Notes under the pieces: model-generated
Told to the model about the DNA's origin: nothing
Seen by the model: only the letters and a program-made list of their open reading frames with translations
The model's database searches: none
Made by a program: the position numbers and the translations under genes
Part shown: positions 62,813 to 64,000 of the stretch, piece by piece
Numbering within the stretch: position 1 is the first letter of the stretch
How the letters are laid out: each line of letters opens with the position of its first letter
Origin: Geosiphon pyriformis uo1
Lineage: Eukaryota > Fungi > Glomeromycota
Assembly (NCBI GenBank): GCA_016748015.1
Contig: JAAOMT010000512.1
Location: 359,806-423,805 of the forward strand
Reading direction: 5' to 3'
DNA length: 64,000 nt

Positions 62813-63651
62813 ATGGTTAACATCCCACGTGTTCCTTTATTCTGGTATGTGGCTATTACAAAGTTCAAAATCCTTTTTACCTTCTTCTTAATTGCTTATT
62901 CTTTTTCTATGTTCACCTTTATCGCATTCTTTTAGCTTCTTCGCCCCTCTCCGAATTGGTGCTTTTATTGTTGCTCTATGGATGTTTGCATGGAATGCCT
63001 TCACTGGCTTTTCAGTAATGTTTACAAGTTATGGTGGTATGTGTCAAAATTTTAAAACTTCTCTATTCATGATTTCGTTTAAAGTAGTTCTTAATCTCAT
63101 AACTTTAAAATTTCCTTTTCAGGTTCCATCGGTTTCCTCTGGAAGGGAATGGGTGTTGCTTACATAGCGGTAGCTGCTGCTTCCATTTTTGGTGCACATG
63201 CTATCTACCATGAAATTCCAGCAAGAGTTGCCTTATTCGTAAAAATTTTCGTCGCAAACATCATCTTCTACTTTGTCGCTAGTGTTTCTTTCGTTGTTGC
63301 CGTCAGTTTAATTGTTTCATCAGAACATAATAAAGCCGTCAAAGCTTGTGAGGCTGCTCAAGTAAACTTGGACAGTAAGATTAATTGTAACATTGGTTAT
63401 GTTGGGTATCCAATCTTTGGTTGGTTAGTTCCTTTCATGATCGGTATTCTCTTTCAGGTATTTTTTATGACATATAAATTAATTACTGCTAAAATGATAT
63501 TATTTGAACAATTATTAACAAGTTTATTTCTTTATTTTTATTTCAAATTGTACAGGTTTACTTCGCCATCTGCATCCGTTCCTACAGCTTGGAATTACAA
63601 GAACGCGAGAACGACAAGAGCCCAAATTACAAAAATGAAATGACCGCATAA
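62813..63651 (+). CDS. Four-transmembrane protein, LAPTM/MARVEL-like, unknown function; exons 62813-62844, 62936-63036, 63123-63457, 63556-63651
   Basis: GT-AG introns in frame; N-terminal FCFFAPLRIG motif, four hydrophobic segments, C-x-C loop between TM3 and TM4, YFAICIRSYSLEL after TM4. Confidence 0.85.
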
Positions 63652-64000
63652 ATCAGGAAGAAACCTTAATTTAACTTTTCTCACTCACCCCAAACAAATA
63701 ACATTTTGCTAAGTGTATAAATATAACATGTGAATATAGATGTGAGTTTTACACTAAATTTCAAAACTATGTCGTTTCCCTAATTCATGAAATTCGAGAA
63801 TTGAGCCTAGAGCCTGAAGAATTATAGCTCTGCTTCCTACTATTACTTTATCATACCCTTTTCAAATTTTACTTAAAAAAAGGGTTTTGATGACTATTTA
63901 ATTAGTATAAGAAGCAATTTTCCAAAACTCTATGGTTTTATTTCTCAATTTCTCGTTTGTGCGTCTGTGATAATTATAGTATATTTTCATGTATTATTTT

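Overview
Eukaryotic, intron-rich fungal DNA. AT-richness, gene style and TE families suggest an early-diverging fungus such as a Glomeromycotina species (inference). The window has two compartments. (1) 1-~44,850 is almost pure transposon. A plus-strand RNase H-bearing LINE (2849-3442 + 28873-30876) is split by a 25.4-kb nest of Ty3/Gypsy LTR elements (B contains C contains D) and by a fourth, inverted copy (A, 1-2848). These are followed by a decayed LTR relic, a near full-length minus-strand LINE, LINE relics and a TA-flanked pogo/Tigger DNA transposon. (2) ~45,300-64,000 carries intact host genes: CDC48, DML1/Misato, an intronless F-box gene, FYV4/mS41 (missed by the ORF track), NPC2 and a 4-TM LAPTM-like gene, with one extremely AT-rich TE relic. 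The most unusual biology is the Gypsy lineage. It has a GTG-initiated Gag-PR-[uncharacterised multi-CxxC module]-dUTPase-RT-RH polyprotein, an integrase in a separate ATG-initiated ORF, a third ORF next to the 3' LTR, and 4-bp target duplications that mostly reconstruct to ACGN. All repeats show transition-only C>T/G>A decay, also at non-CpG sites, that looks RIP-like. All counts are by eye; no searches were run.
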